Assembly (NCBI GenBank): GCA_963736475.1 | Contig: CAVTOQ010000007.1 | Coordinates: 16,807 to 80,806, forward strand | Source: Vulcanimicrobiota bacterium | GTDB lineage: Bacteria; Vulcanimicrobiota; Vulcanimicrobiia; Vulcanimicrobiales; Vulcanimicrobiaceae | DNA length: 64,000 nucleotides | Direction: 5' to 3' | Shown: positions 8,556 to 19,482 of the stretch, in pieces | Layout of the letters: every line of letters begins with the position of its first letter | Position numbering within the stretch: the stretch's first letter is position 1 | Notes under the pieces: model-generated | Database searches by the model: none | Seen by the model: the letters and a program-made list of their open reading frames with translations, nothing else | Told to the model about the DNA's origin: nothing | Position numbers and translations under genes: made by a program

Positions 8556-9273
8556 CGTCGAGGCGCTGTGGGACGAGCTCCGCGGCGAGTGCCTGGCCTC
8601 GCTCAAGGAGACCGTCCATATCCATCTGCGCGCCTGTCCTTCGTGCCAAGACATGTACGAACAATACGAGGGCGTCGCGTATTGCCTCTCCAGTCTGCCG
8701 CGGCCCGAACCGTCCTGCGACCTGGCCAAGAAGGTCGTCCAGCACATCGCCGCACTCAAGGGCAAGTCGCACTTGCCCATCGTCCTCTCCGCCGTCAAGA
8801 CTCCCCTCGGGCGAGTCTACGTCGGCTTCAAGCAGCATCGGATTGCGTACGTCAGCCTCGATACCGGCGAGCCGCTTGACGACGTCGTCGCGCGAGCCGG
8901 GCGCCGGCTGCGGCGCGACATCGTTCCCGGCGAGGCGCCGGCCTGGCTGGTGCGCGCCCTCGAGAACTTCTTCACCACCTGGACCGTCGACGATGCCATC
9001 GTCGACATCAGCAGCCTCACGCCGTTCGAGCAGGCCGTGTTGCGGGCCGCCGCGCGCATTCCGCGCGGCGAGGTACGCTCGTACTCGTGGGTGGCGACGC
9101 AGATCGGGCGCCCGCGCGCGGCGCGCGCAGTCGGACGCGTGATGGCGCGCAATCCACTGCCGCTGCTCTTTCCATGCCATCGCGTCGTGGATTCGTCCGG
9201 CGATCTGCACGACTACTACTACGGCGTCGAAATGAAAGCTCGTCTTCTCGAAATGGAGGGCTACCGGCGTTAG
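8542..9273 (+). CDS. Fusion protein: ZAS-type (H-x3-C-x2-C) anti-sigma domain plus O6-alkylguanine-DNA alkyltransferase (Ogt/MGMT)
   Basis: ATG 8542 follows GGAAGGAG and overlaps the sigma gene by 14 nt. The N-terminus reads MRCRDVEALWDELRGE...HIHLRACPSC. There is no TM segment. The C-terminal two thirds read TPLGRVYVGF..., TPFEQAVLRAAARIPRGEVRSYSWVA and RAVGRVMARNPLPLLFPCHRVV, which contains the PCHR active site. Confidence 0.8.
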   Translation: MRCRDVEALWDELRGECLASLKETVHIHLRACPSCQDMYEQYEGVAYCLSSLPRPEPSCDLAKKVVQHIAALKGKSHLPIVLSAVKTPLGRVYVGFKQHRIAYVSLDTGEPLDDVVARAGRRLRRDIVPGEAPAWLVRALENFFTTWTVDDAIVDISSLTPFEQAVLRAAARIPRGEVRSYSWVATQIGRPRAARAVGRVMARNPLPLLFPCHRVVDSSGDLHDYYYGVEMKARLLEMEGYRR

Positions 9274-9296
9274 ACGCCAACCTTAGCCACTCCTAA

Positions 9297-10852
9297 ATGA
9301 TCGATCCTCGGATAGCGGCCATTCCGGACGTTCACGGTCATGCCAAGGGTGAGCATCGCCCCTATACCGAGGAGCGTCCCATCGCATACTCCGCGCGGAT
9401 GCTGTTCCTCTGGTTCTATCATGCATGCCGCCGGGCTTCGCCGCGTTTCCTGATGGTCGCCGATCACGCGAACTATTTGACCTTCGAGGATCCGGGAGCC
9501 GTCAACACGGTGCGCCGCGCTCTGAAGCTGGCCCAAGCCGGCGATCTGCTCGGCGCCGCCGAGACGGCCGGCGTTGACATCGCTCACGCCGGCCTCGTTT
9601 CGGAGGGGCTGCGGCGCGGTATGCGCTTCTCGATCGGGGCGGAGATGGACAACGATCCGCGTGCGCGGCCTGACGCACAGAACATTATCGACGCGATGCG
9701 GCCCGACGGCATCATCCGGTCGGTGCACTTCGTCCCGATCCAGCATCCGGAGAAGGGTGCGGATTGGCTGTGGCCCTTCGACAACGAGGAGTTCGCGGCG
9801 CTCTACGAGGTCGTGGGCACGGAGCAACTCTGGGAACTGTACATTGCGAAGCTCGTCGACGACCTCGAGAGACTTCCGGCCCACGTCGTCGGGCACTTCT
9901 ACGCCCCGGCCACGCTCGGCCGATGGCCCGCTCAGAAGAAGCTCGACGAGTATGAGGATCGCATGCTCGACGTTGCCCACCGCCGCGGCCTCGCCGTCGA
10001 GATCGACACGCGGTTCCTGTACCGCGACGCACCCGACGATCGCAAGAAAAAATATCTCGACGCCAACGCCCGGCTGATACGCAAGGCGAGGACACGCGGC
10101 GTCGGCATCGCGGTCGGTTCCGACGCGCACAGCCCGAAAGATCAGGGCAACGCGTTCGACGTCGTGCTCAAGCTGCTCGACGACGCCAAGGTCAACGAAA
10201 TGGTATTTCCGGTCGGCGGGAGGTTAGCGCGCGTCGCCCTGCGCGCCACGCGCGAACATCTCGAAGCTCAGGCGCAGGCGCGCCGCCAGCCGATCGCGCC
10301 CGGAAGCAGCATCACGGGCTACAGCCGAGCCGAGCTCGGCTTGCCGGAGGAAGTCGAAGGCGCTGCCGGACGGCGCGAAGGCGCGCGCGCAACCCGCGAT
10401 GCCGGACCGAAGAAACGCGCGGCCGCGTCTTCTACGCCGAGCACGTCGCGGCGTTCCGCCGAATCGTCGGCATCGGCTTCCAAGGCGAAGGCGGCGCGCA
10501 GCGGCAAGCCTGCGCCTCCCAAGAAAAAGAGACGAAGAGCGCTCCTTCCGGCCGCACGAAGCGCCCGTCCGCGGCGCCTGCAAAGAAGGCCGCGAAGCCG
10601 CCCGCGAAGCCGCCCGCAAAAACGGCCGCGACGCGCCGTAAGAAAACTTCGCCCGTCCGCACGGGCAAGAAGAAATCCGCAGGCAAGCCGGCCACGCGTC
10701 GACCGGCCGCAGCGAAGAAATCGCCCGCCAAGAAGCCGGCGGCCAAGAAGCCCGCGTCGCGGCGGGCGGCGAAGCCCAAGCCCAAGCGTCTTTCGACCGG
10801 GTACGCGAAGAAGGCCGCGAAAAAGAAGAAAGCCGCGGCAAAGCGCCGCTGA
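9297..10852 (+). CDS. PHP-domain (histidinol-phosphatase-like) protein with a Lys/Ala/Pro-rich C-terminal tail; one frame change in the tail as given
   Basis: The N-terminal 330 aa or so are intact (IPDVHGH..., VGSDAHSP metal ligands). Somewhere in 10330-10560 the sensible reading moves to another frame. That frame gives PAKKAAKPPAKPPAKTAATRRKK...AKKPAAKKPA...KKAAKKKKAAAKRR and stops at TGA 10850-10852, just before the next gene. The track ORF (to 11021) would overlap that gene. Confidence 0.6.
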
Positions 10853-10882
10853 CGATCTAATTTCGAGGGGAGGACCCAGGCA

Positions 10883-12935
10883 TTGGCGGATACCGTGCGC
10901 CTTAGGAATATCGCATTCGTCGGACCCCACCACGCGGGAAAGACCACGCTGGTCGAGGCGATCCTCGCCCACACCGGCGCGATCGGGCGGCGCGGAGCGA
11001 TCGCCGACGGAACGACCGTGACGGATCACGAGCCCGAAGACGCGGCTCATCTCCAATCCACGACCGTCGGCTTCGCGCACACCACCGCCGACGACATCGA
11101 CATCACCATCGTGGACGCGCCCGGCTTCATCGACTTTTTTGAAGAGACGAAACAGGCGCTGGCGGGCGTTGACGCCGCAGTCGTCGTCGTCGAGGCCGAT
11201 CCCGGGCGCGTCGTACAGACTCAGGCGCATCGTCGACCATCTCGAATCGACGCACATGCCGCACGTCTTCGTCGTCAACAAGATGGACCGCCCCGGCGCG
11301 GACTTTGCTGCGACGCTGACCGCGCTGCAAGGGGCTTACGGCCGGCACGTCGTCGCCGAACAGTGGCCGCTCGGAAGCGCCGAAAACTTCCGCGGTTACA
11401 TCGATCTCGCGCACACGCAAGGCATACCGGTTCGACGGCGGCGAGGAAGAGATTCCGTCCGAGCTGAGCGAGCTGGCCCAGAGCAAACACCTGGAGCTGC
11501 TCGAGGCGATGGCCGATTTTGACGATCATCTCATGGAGGAGCTGCTCGAAGGCGTCGAGCCTCCGCTGGACGAGATCGATCGCGATCTGTGCAGCGAGTG
11601 CGCGCACGATCAGGTGATTCCGGTGCTCGTCGCAGCCGGCATATCGGGCGCCGGCGTCGATGCGCTCGTGCGCGCGATCGAGCACTGGTTTCCGTCCCCC
11701 GCCGATGCGCTCCTTACGGACGCCGAAGGGCGCCCCATCGCGCCGGAAGCCGGCAGGGCCGGCGATCGCGCGCATCATCAAGACCGCCATCCACCCGCAG
11801 AGCGGCAAACTCTCGATCGTGCGCGTGCTGTCGGGAACGATCAAGGCCGACGCGACCCTCGCGAATATCACCAAACGGGACGAGAAGGTGCGTCTCGGCG
11901 GGCTCTACCGTCTGCAAGGCAAGAAACAGGAGCCGATCGCCGAGGCCGGCCCCGGTTCGATCGTCGCGTTCGCGCGGCTCGATTCGGTCTCGACCGGCGA
12001 TACCCTGACGTCGGCCGGCCACAAGGTTCTCTTGCCGCGCGTTCCGGTCGCCGAGCCGGTGTTCGCCGTGGCGGTCAAGCCCAAGGAGCGCATCGACGAG
12101 GCCAAGATCTCGCAGATGCTCGCGCGCATCGTCGACGAAGATCCGGCGCTGCGGCTCGAACGCGCCGACGTGACGCACGAGATGCTTCTGCTCGGCAGCG
12201 GCGAGCAGCACGTCGCCATCGCCGTCGAGCGGCTCGCGCGCAAGTACAAGGTCGAGGTCGCGACGGCCGCGCCGACGATTCCGTATCTGGAAACGATCAC
12301 GGGCGGCACCGAGGTCCATTCGCGCTACAAGCATCAGACTGGCGGCCACGGCCAGTTCGGCGACGTGTGGCTGCGCTTCGAGCCGCGCGAACGCGGCGCC
12401 GGCGTGACGTTCGAGGAGAAGATCGTCGGCGGCGTGGTTCCGCGGCAGTTCATTCCGGCCGTCGAAAAGGGCGTGCGCGAAGCGCTCGCCCACGGTCCCA
12501 GCGGTTATCCGGTGACCGATCTGCACGTCACGCTCTTCGACGGGCAGTATCACGACGTCGATTCGAGCGAACAATCTTTCAAGACCGCCGCAGGCATGGG
12601 CGTGCGCGACGCGCTTCCCAAATGCAACCCCGTCGTGCTCGAGCCGATCGCGCACGTGCGAGTGATCGTTCCGACGCACTACACGTCGACCGTCATCCAG
12701 CAGCTCACCGGCAAACGCGGGCAAATTCTCGGCATGAACCCGGCCGAGCGTCCCGGCTTCGACGTCGTCGAGGCGTACGTGCCGGCGGTCGAGCTCTCGC
12801 GCTACATCACCGAGCTGCGTACGCGACGCAAGGCCTGGGAACGTACTCCTGGCGTCACGAGCGCTACGATCCCGTTCCCGGCAACCGCGTGGCTCCCAAG
12901 GCGGCGGTGCAAGGTCCGCGCGCTCGCTCTTGTGA
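10883..12935 (+). pseudogene. Elongation factor G paralogue (translational GTPase), at least 4 frame disruptions as given
   Basis: Pieces lie in track ORFs 10883..11467, 11139..11522, 11509..13365 and 11660..13102. GTPase motifs are FVGPHHAGKTT, VDAPGFIDF and VVNKMDR. Domains II-V are contiguous in ORF 11660..13102. A likely stop is TGA 12933-12935. Confidence 0.8.
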
Positions 12936-13015
12936 CGGACATGGATGCCTCGAAGACGCCCGTCGCTCGATCCGTGCTCGCTCCTACTTCTCCACTTTTC
13001 CGCAACACCAAAGGA

Positions 13016-14702
13016 ATGCGACATCCTGTCTTTTGCGGAAAAGCTGGAGACTTCTCGTCACCCACGTCCGTCACGTCGCGATCGGCGGGTGTGTGGGGTT
13101 AGCTTTGGCAGGGTGCACGAAGGTGGGGAGCGGAGTCGCCGGGGGGCGGCATGCGTGGACGCATCCCGGGTACCTGCGCGTCGCGGTGCAGTCGGACTTG
13201 AAGAATCTCAATCCGCTGCTCAACTCCAATACGACCGACGTCTTCGTCGATCGGCTGATGTTCGAGCCGCTGCTCACGGCCGACGCCAAAGGGCAATCCC
13301 GCTGCCGATGCTGGCGGCCGAGGTGCCGACGCTCGAAAACGGCGGCATCAGCCGCGACGGCATGACGATCACCTATCATCTGCGCAAAGACGCGCGCTGG
13401 ACCGACGGCGTGCCGGTTACGTCCGCCGACGTGAAGTGGTCGTGGCAAGCGATCATGAATCCCGACAACAACGTCGTCTCGCGCCACGGCTACGACTTCA
13501 TCACGAGCATCGACACGCCGAACGCGACACACGGCGGTCGTGCACCTCAAGCGGCAATTCTCGCCATTCGTGAACACGTTCTTCGCCGAGAGCGATCAGC
13601 CATACATGCTCGCGCCGGCGCACGTCGCTGGCGAAATATCCAAACATCAACAACATTCCGTTCAACAGCCGGCCCGACCGTCAGCGACGGGCCGTTCAAG
13701 TTCGTCCAGTGGGCACGCGGCGATCACATCACCCTCGTCCGCAACGACGCGCTTCTTCATGGGCAAGCCCGGCCTGAGCCGGGTCGAGGTCAAGATCATC
13801 CCCGACGAGGACACGTCGGTCAATCTGTTGCGTACGCACGCGATCGACTACATGTTCCAGGCGTCGCAGCGAGACCTATCAGGCGTTGCGCGGGTGCCCG
13901 ACGTGAAGATCGTCTGGGTGAACGTCAATGGTTATGCGAGCATCCAGCTCAACTGCTCGCACCCGGTCCTGCAGGACCCGCGCGTGCGGCTCGCGATCGC
14001 GTACGCACTCGACAAGAACGAGCTCGTTCGGACGCTCACGTTCGACACGCAGAAGGTCGCGACGGAGGACATCCCGGATTGGATGTGGGCGTTCAATCCG
14101 GCGGTGCGCTCGTATCCGCACGACCCCGCGATGGCGCGGCGGCTTCTGCGTGAGGCCGGCTGGACGCCCGGGACCCGACGGCATCATGCGCAAGGACGGC
14201 CAGCGGCTCACGTGGTCATGGTCTCGAACAACTCCAACGCGACGCGGCGGCGCGAGACCGTCGAGATGCAGGCGATGCTGCAAAGAAGTCGGCATCGACA
14301 GCGGAGATCAAGTACTATCCCGGCGACGTGCTCTTCGCGCCCGCCGGCATGGGCGGGATCCTGCAGCTCGGCAAATTCGACCTGTCGGTCGCCGGTTGGT
14401 ACGCGGGAATCGACCCGGACGACAGCACGCAGTTCACGTGCGAGAATTTTCCGCCGGGTGGATACAACTACTCGCGGTACTGCAGCCGGCAGATGCAGCG
14501 CTGCAGGAGATCGCGCTGACGCACTACGATCGCCCGACGCGGCAGTCGGCCTACTTCGCGATCCAGGAGCTTCTCGCCAAGGACAACCCGATGATCTTCA
14601 TCTATTGGCTGCGCCAGATGGAACCGATCAGCGTCGACTTTCAAGGGCTTCGATCCGAATCCGGTCGTCGAGTCCTGGAACGCGTGGCAATGGACCATAT
14701 AA
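13016..14702 (+). pseudogene. ABC transporter substrate-binding lipoprotein, family 5 (peptide/nickel type), many frame disruptions
   Basis: ATG 13016 follows AAAGGA. A lipobox GLALAGC and YLRVAVQSDLKNLNPLL lie in ORF 11509..13365. Further pieces lie in ORFs 12945..14153, 13540..15234, 13928..15121 and 14328..14519. The last frame ends FKGFDPNPVVESWNAWQWTI at TAA 14700-14702. Confidence 0.75.
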
Positions 14703-15234
14703 GCCTTCCCGAGCTCACGTGGCTGCGCAAGATCATCGTCGAGCGCGCGCTGACCCGCGGCGACTACGTGCTCGCCGGCGGCGCGCGCAGCGACTACTAC
14801 ATCGACAAGTTCAGCCTCTTCTCCGATCCCCACGTGCTGCGGCGCATCGCACGGCTCTTCACGCCCGTCATCGCGGAGCTCAATCCCGACCTCATCGCGG
14901 GCACCGAGCTCGGCGGCGTCGTCATCGCGACGGCCGTCTCGCAGATGTCGGGCCTTCCGATGCTCGCCGTGCGCAAGAAGCCCAAGGCCTACGGCGCGTT
15001 CGCGAACGAGTACGTCGAAGGGCCGTACGCATCGGGCCAGCACGCGCTGCTGCTCGAGGACGTCGTCTCCAACGCCGGCGACCTCATGGCCGCGCCGGGC
15101 GCCTGCGCGAGCTCGGCCTGAAGGTAACGCCCTACGCCGTTATCAGCCGCGGCTTAGCGCCGTGCGCGCGCTCATCCAGTTCTCGCTCCCACTCAGCGAT
15201 CCGAAGACGGAAAACTAGGAACGTCGAACTTTAA
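14690..15234 (+). pseudogene. pyrE: Orotate phosphoribosyltransferase, frame change near the 3' end
   Basis: ATG 14690. SDYYIDKF, PDLIAGTELGGVVIATAV and the PRPP loop LLLEDVVSNAG lie in ORF 13928..15121. The tail LRELGLKV lies in ORF 13540..15234. The 3' end is approximate. Confidence 0.7.
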
Positions 15235-15992
15235 AGACGTCAGCTCGAGGCCGTCGACCGCGCATTCTACCGGACCCGAGAAAAGTCTCTTTCGCCGCGG
15301 CAACGAGCGCCTGCGGCGCAGCTGCCGCCGGATAGTGCGTCAGCACGAGGCGCCCGACATCCGCGCGGCGCGCCATCTCGCCGGCCTCGCTCGCTGACAT
15401 GTGACCGCGCTCGCCCTCTTCGGTCCCGAGCTCCAGCGCGGCTTCGCAGAGAAACAGCGCGCTGCCGCGCGCGTGTTCCGCGACCGCTTCGGACGGCGCC
15501 GTGTCGGCGGAGTACGTGAGGCTCCGCCCGTCGCAATCGGCACGAATCGCGAACGCGTCGACGTAATGGCGACGTGTTGCAAAAGCGTCAAGCGCAGCAC
15601 CGCCGATTTCAGCGCCTCCGCGGGATCGTACTCGCGAATCGCGAAGACGCCTTCGAAGAAATCGACGTTGTCGTCGCGCCCGACGATCCGGCGCAGCCCC
15701 TCGAGCGTCTCGCGGCCGCCCGAGCGGAAGCCAGAGCGGCATCCGCTCCGCCGCGCGTTTCGCGCCGTACTTCAGCCCGTAGCGCAGCGGCACGAGATCG
15801 AAGAAATGATCGGCGTGCATGTGCGAGACGACGATCGCGTCCAGGTCTGCATAGTACGATCGCCAGCTGCAGCTTCCCCAGCGCGCCGCTGCCGAGATCC
15901 AAGCAGGATCGCGGCGTCGCCGTCCGCAGCAGGTAGCAGCTGCACGCGCTTCCCGGCCGCGGCGTCGCCGGGCTCGAGCCGACGACGCGCAA
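15215..15992 (-). pseudogene. MBL-fold metallo-hydrolase, frame-disrupted
   Basis: The N-terminus LRVVGSSP...LLDLGSGALGKL lies in ORF 15609..15992. The HxHxDH-type motif (H)MHADHFFDL and LVLTHY lie in ORF 15215..15820. There are internal out-of-frame stretches. Confidence 0.6.
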
Positions 15993-16018
15993 GGCGCAGC
16001 GCGGCGCTTCAGGGCAGC

Positions 16019-16427
16019 GACGCGAGCACGTCCTCGGCGTGCTCGTTCACGTTGACCTTCGGCCAGATCTTCGTGATCTTGCCGCTCTTCGTCGATCAGG
16101 AACGTCGTTCGCGCGCGTCACACCGAGCGCCTTGTACAGCTTCGAGTCCGTGTCGGCAAGCAGCATGAACGGAATCGCGAACTTCTTTTTGAAGCGCTGA
16201 TGCGACTCGACCGAGTCGCGGCTGACGCCGACGATCCGCGCCTCCTTCTCCTGAAACTGCCGGTAGCTGTCGCGAAACTGCGACGCCTCGCTGGTGCAGC
16301 CCGGCGTATCGTCCTTCGGATAGAAGTAGAGGACGAGAGGACCGCCGAGCAGATCGGTCGTCGTCACCGAGTTGCCTTCGTCGTCGAGCACCGTCACCGC
16401 CGGGAGTTGGTCGCCTTCGCGAAGCAT
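16019..16427 (-). pseudogene. bcp: Peroxiredoxin Bcp, two frame changes in the last 35 codons or so
   Basis: ATG 16427 gives MLREGDQLPAV...LVLYFYPKDDTPGCTSEA with the peroxidatic Cys. The tail TTFLIDEE / GKITKIWPKVNVNEHAEDVLASLP is only readable in two other frames. Stop is TGA 16019-16021. Confidence 0.8.
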
Positions 16428-16514
16428 CGTGTTGCCCTTTCTCGAAGTGAGGTCGCTGTGCGCAAACCGCCTGCTTCGCCACAAGACCAAGACACCATTG
16501 CGGCGGCGCATCCC

Positions 16515-17069
16515 TTGGCCAGGGCGCTGATCGCGCGGCTCGGGCTGCGCGCGGACTCGCCGTGTTGGATTTCGGCGCGGGCAGCGGCCGCAACACCCGA
16601 GCGTTCCGCGATGCCGGGCTGCGCGTCGTGTCGGTGGCCGACAGCGTCGCGGAATCGACCGCGCCGCTCGCGGGCATAACGGACCGTTTCGCCGCGGCGC
16701 TCTCGACGCACGGACTGCTTCACGGCACGCCGTCGACGATAGCGGATAAAGGATGGCGGCAATCGCAGCAGCGTCTCGAGCCGGGCGGCGCTGCTCTACG
16801 CGACGCTTCGGCTCGTCGCGCGACGCCCGCTTCGGCGAAGGCGAGCGCATCGACGATTGGACGTTCGCGCCCTAGAAGGCGACGAACGCGGCGTCGCCCA
16901 CGCCTACTTCGATCGCGAGCGTTTGACCGCGCTGCTGGAGCCGCACTTCAGCGTCGAATCCCTCGAAGAGCGCGCCGTCGACGACGTCGTCGGATACTGG
17001 GCGCATCGCGACGCGCCGCTGCGCGGCGCGGTGCACTGGTTCGTTATCGCCGCTAACAGACGCGAATGA
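16515..17069 (+). pseudogene. Class I SAM-dependent methyltransferase, frame-disrupted; start uncertain
   Basis: Motif I VLDFGAGSGRNT lies in ORF 16562..17056. The C-terminal part GVAHAYFDRERLTALLEPHFSVESLEE lies in ORF 16857..17069. Confidence 0.5.
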
Positions 17070-17352
17070 CGATCGAGAGCTGTGCGAGGATGGCGACACT
17101 CGGGCAGACGAGCTGAGCGCTCGTGCTTTGATGTGGCTGGCACGATGGCGCGCCTGGATCACAGTCCGGCGAAGCATTTCATGTTCTTCAGAAACCGATT
17201 CCGGCCAACGGTTGATGGTGAACATCGCGTCGCGATGGTCGCTCTTCGGTGTTCGCGGCGTTATTACGGTTGCACGAATCCTGACAGGGATACCCTGAGA
17301 CGGGCAGGTCATCAACCTCCGAGGTCAACCGCGCGGACTGTGGGAGCATCCG

Positions 17353-18143
17353 CTAACTGCCGCTCTGCGTCGCGATGAGGTTCTCCATCGGGCTCGACGC
17401 GGCGGCATAGAGCCGCTTCTCCATGCGGCCGGCCAGAAATGCTTGGCGTCCCGCGATCGTCGCGTGCTTCATCGCCGTCGCCATCAACACCGGATCGCGA
17501 GCACGCGCGATGCCGGTGTTCATCAGCAACGCGTCGACGCCGAGCTCCATCGCGATCGCCGCGTCGGAGGCGGTTCCAACGCCGGCGTCCACGATCACCG
17601 GCACCTTCGCGCGTTCCTTGATGATGGCGATCGAGTACGGATTGCAGACGCCTAGGCCGCTGCCGATCGGCGCCGCTAGCGGCATCACGGCCGCGCAGCC
17701 CAGCTCTTCGAGCTGTTGCACGCGATCGGATCGTCGCCGATGTACGGCAGCACCGTGAATCCGTCGGCGACCAGCCGCTCCGCCGCCGCGAGCGTCTCGC
17801 GCGTGTCCGGATGCAGCGTCTGCGCGTCGCCGATCACTTCCAGCTTGATCAGATCGGTTGAGAGTAGCTCGCGCGCGAGCTGCGCGGTGAGCACCGCATC
17901 GTCGGCGGAATAGCAGCCCGCGGTATTCGGCAGAATCGTATAGCGATCGCGGTCGATGTAATCGAGCAGCGTTCGGCCGTCGGCGTTGTCCAAGTTGATC
18001 CGCCGGATCGCTACCGTCACGATCTCGGCGCCGCTCGCGTCGTGCGCCGCCTGCATCACGTCGAGCGACGGATACTTGCCGGTACCGACGATCAGCCGCG
18101 AGACGAACTCGTAGCGCCCGAGGCGCAGCGCGTCGCCGCTCAT
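17353..18143 (-). pseudogene. thiG: Thiazole synthase ThiG, one frame change near 17710
   Basis: The N-terminal part [24 protein letters not shown]...[13 protein letters not shown] lies in ORF 17685..18434. The C-terminal part [23 protein letters not shown]...[11 protein letters not shown] lies in ORF 17353..17721. The start overlaps the thiS stop (ATGA). Confidence 0.85.
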
Positions 18144-18340
18144 CCGCCGGCCACCGCTTGGATGATCTCGACGCGGTCGCCCTCGCGCACGACGTCGCTC
18201 TGGTATTCGCTGCGCCGAACGACGCGGTCGTTGCGCGCCACGGCGACGCCGGTCCGCGGCGAGCCGAGCAGCTCGAGCAGCGCCCCGACGGTCAGCTCGC
18301 CCGGCAGCTCGTGCGGTCGGCCATTGATCGTTGCCTTCAC
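18140..18340 (-). CDS. thiS: Sulfur carrier protein ThiS
   Basis: GTG 18340 gives [22 protein letters not shown]...[13 protein letters not shown] with the terminal GG. It has 66 aa and is intact, lying between thiO and thiG. Confidence 0.8.
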   Translation of the reverse strand: MKATINGRPHELPGELTVGALLELLGSPRTGVAVARNDRVVRRSEYQSDVVREGDRVEIIQAVAGG

Positions 18341-19481
18341 GCGTGAGTGATTCGTCTCGCGGAGGCGTCTTCCGTGCCGAGGCGTGCGAGCGAGAACGGT
18401 TCGAGCGCGGAGTCGTCCCGGCCCTCGACCGCATCGGCGATCAAGCGCGCGGTTGCCGGAGCCAGCAGGATGCCGTTGCGATAGTGGCCCGTCGCGAGCA
18501 ACAGACCGTCGAGTCGGCGTCCGGCCCAAGAACGGCAGCCCGTCCGGCGTCCCAGGCCGCAGCCCGGCCCAGCTTTCGGTTATCGCGAAGTCGCCGAGCG
18601 ACGGGGCTGCCGCGAGCGCCGCGCGCAGCAGCTCGTGCACGCCGCTTGCCGTGACGCGCTCGTCGAAACCCGCCGACTCGACCGTCGCGCCGATCAAGCA
18701 GTCGTCCGTCGTCACGCGGCACGAGATACGCGCCGGGGATCCATGTCGAGCGCCGCACGAAGTCGATCGGCGCGGCCAGCGCGATCATCTGACCCTTGAT
18801 CGGGGCGATCGGCGGCACGCATCGCTGAGGCACGCCCGCGAGTTCGCCGGCCCAAGCGCCGCACGCGTTGACGACGGAGCCCGCGGCGACGAATCCCAGC
18901 TGGGTGTGGACGCCCAGCACGCGCCGCTCGTCGCATTCGACGCGAACGATGGAACTGCGCTCGACGCGCACGCCGCGCGTCGCGCAAGCGGCGACGAGCG
19001 CGCGGCCGAGCCGGCGATTGTCGACGCAGCCTTCACCCGCGATCTGAAGGCCGCCGACCGCCGATGCGCCGAGCCACGGTTCGCGCGCGAGCAGGGTGCC
19101 GCGATCGAGCACCTCGGAGGCGACGCCGCTCGCGGCGAGCGCGTGCGCGTGCGCGCGGAGCGCGTCGAGCTGCGCGGCATCGAACGCCGCGTGCACCACG
19201 CCGTCCAGGCGCAAGTGCGCATCGATGCCGCTCGCCTCAGCGACGCGTGCGGCAAACGCCGGATACTCTTGGAGCGATGCGGCGCACAGCCGCACGAGCG
19301 CTCCATCGCGCACGCGCTCGGTGTATGGCGCCAGCATGCCTGCGGCGGCCCACGATGCTGCGCCCGCCGGCTCGCCTCGATCGACGACGCGCACGGCGGC
19401 GCCGCGTTCGGCCAGCTCGAAGGCGATCGAGAGGCCGATCACGCCCGCCCCGACGACCACCACGTCCCCGGTGCGGCTCAC
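18337..19481 (-). pseudogene. thiO: Glycine oxidase ThiO (FAD-dependent), at least 3 frame disruptions in the C-terminal third
   Basis: GTG 19481. The FAD motif DVVVVGAGVIGLSIAFELAERG and most of the protein lie in ORF 18441..19481. WAGLRPGTPDGLPFLG lies in ORF 18140..18715. The last segment is in a third frame and ends at TGA, overlapping the thiS GTG. Confidence 0.8.
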
Positions 19482-19482
19482 G

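Noticed and set aside
10319-13024. Long antisense ORFs such as 10319..11281(-), 11714..13024(-), 37678..39465(-), 47596..48891(-) and 22264..23328(-)
   Set aside because: They have Arg/Ala/Pro/Gly-dominated composition and no motifs. They lie opposite genes with clear homology. These are typical shadow ORFs of high-GC DNA.
17230-17345. CCCUGAGA-containing stretch downstream of thiG that superficially recalls a TPP riboswitch
   Set aside because: It is on the plus strand with no thiamine gene downstream. It lacks the ACCUGAUCUGGAUAAUGCCAGCG-type pyrophosphate-sensor helix and the expected P1-P5 arrangement.
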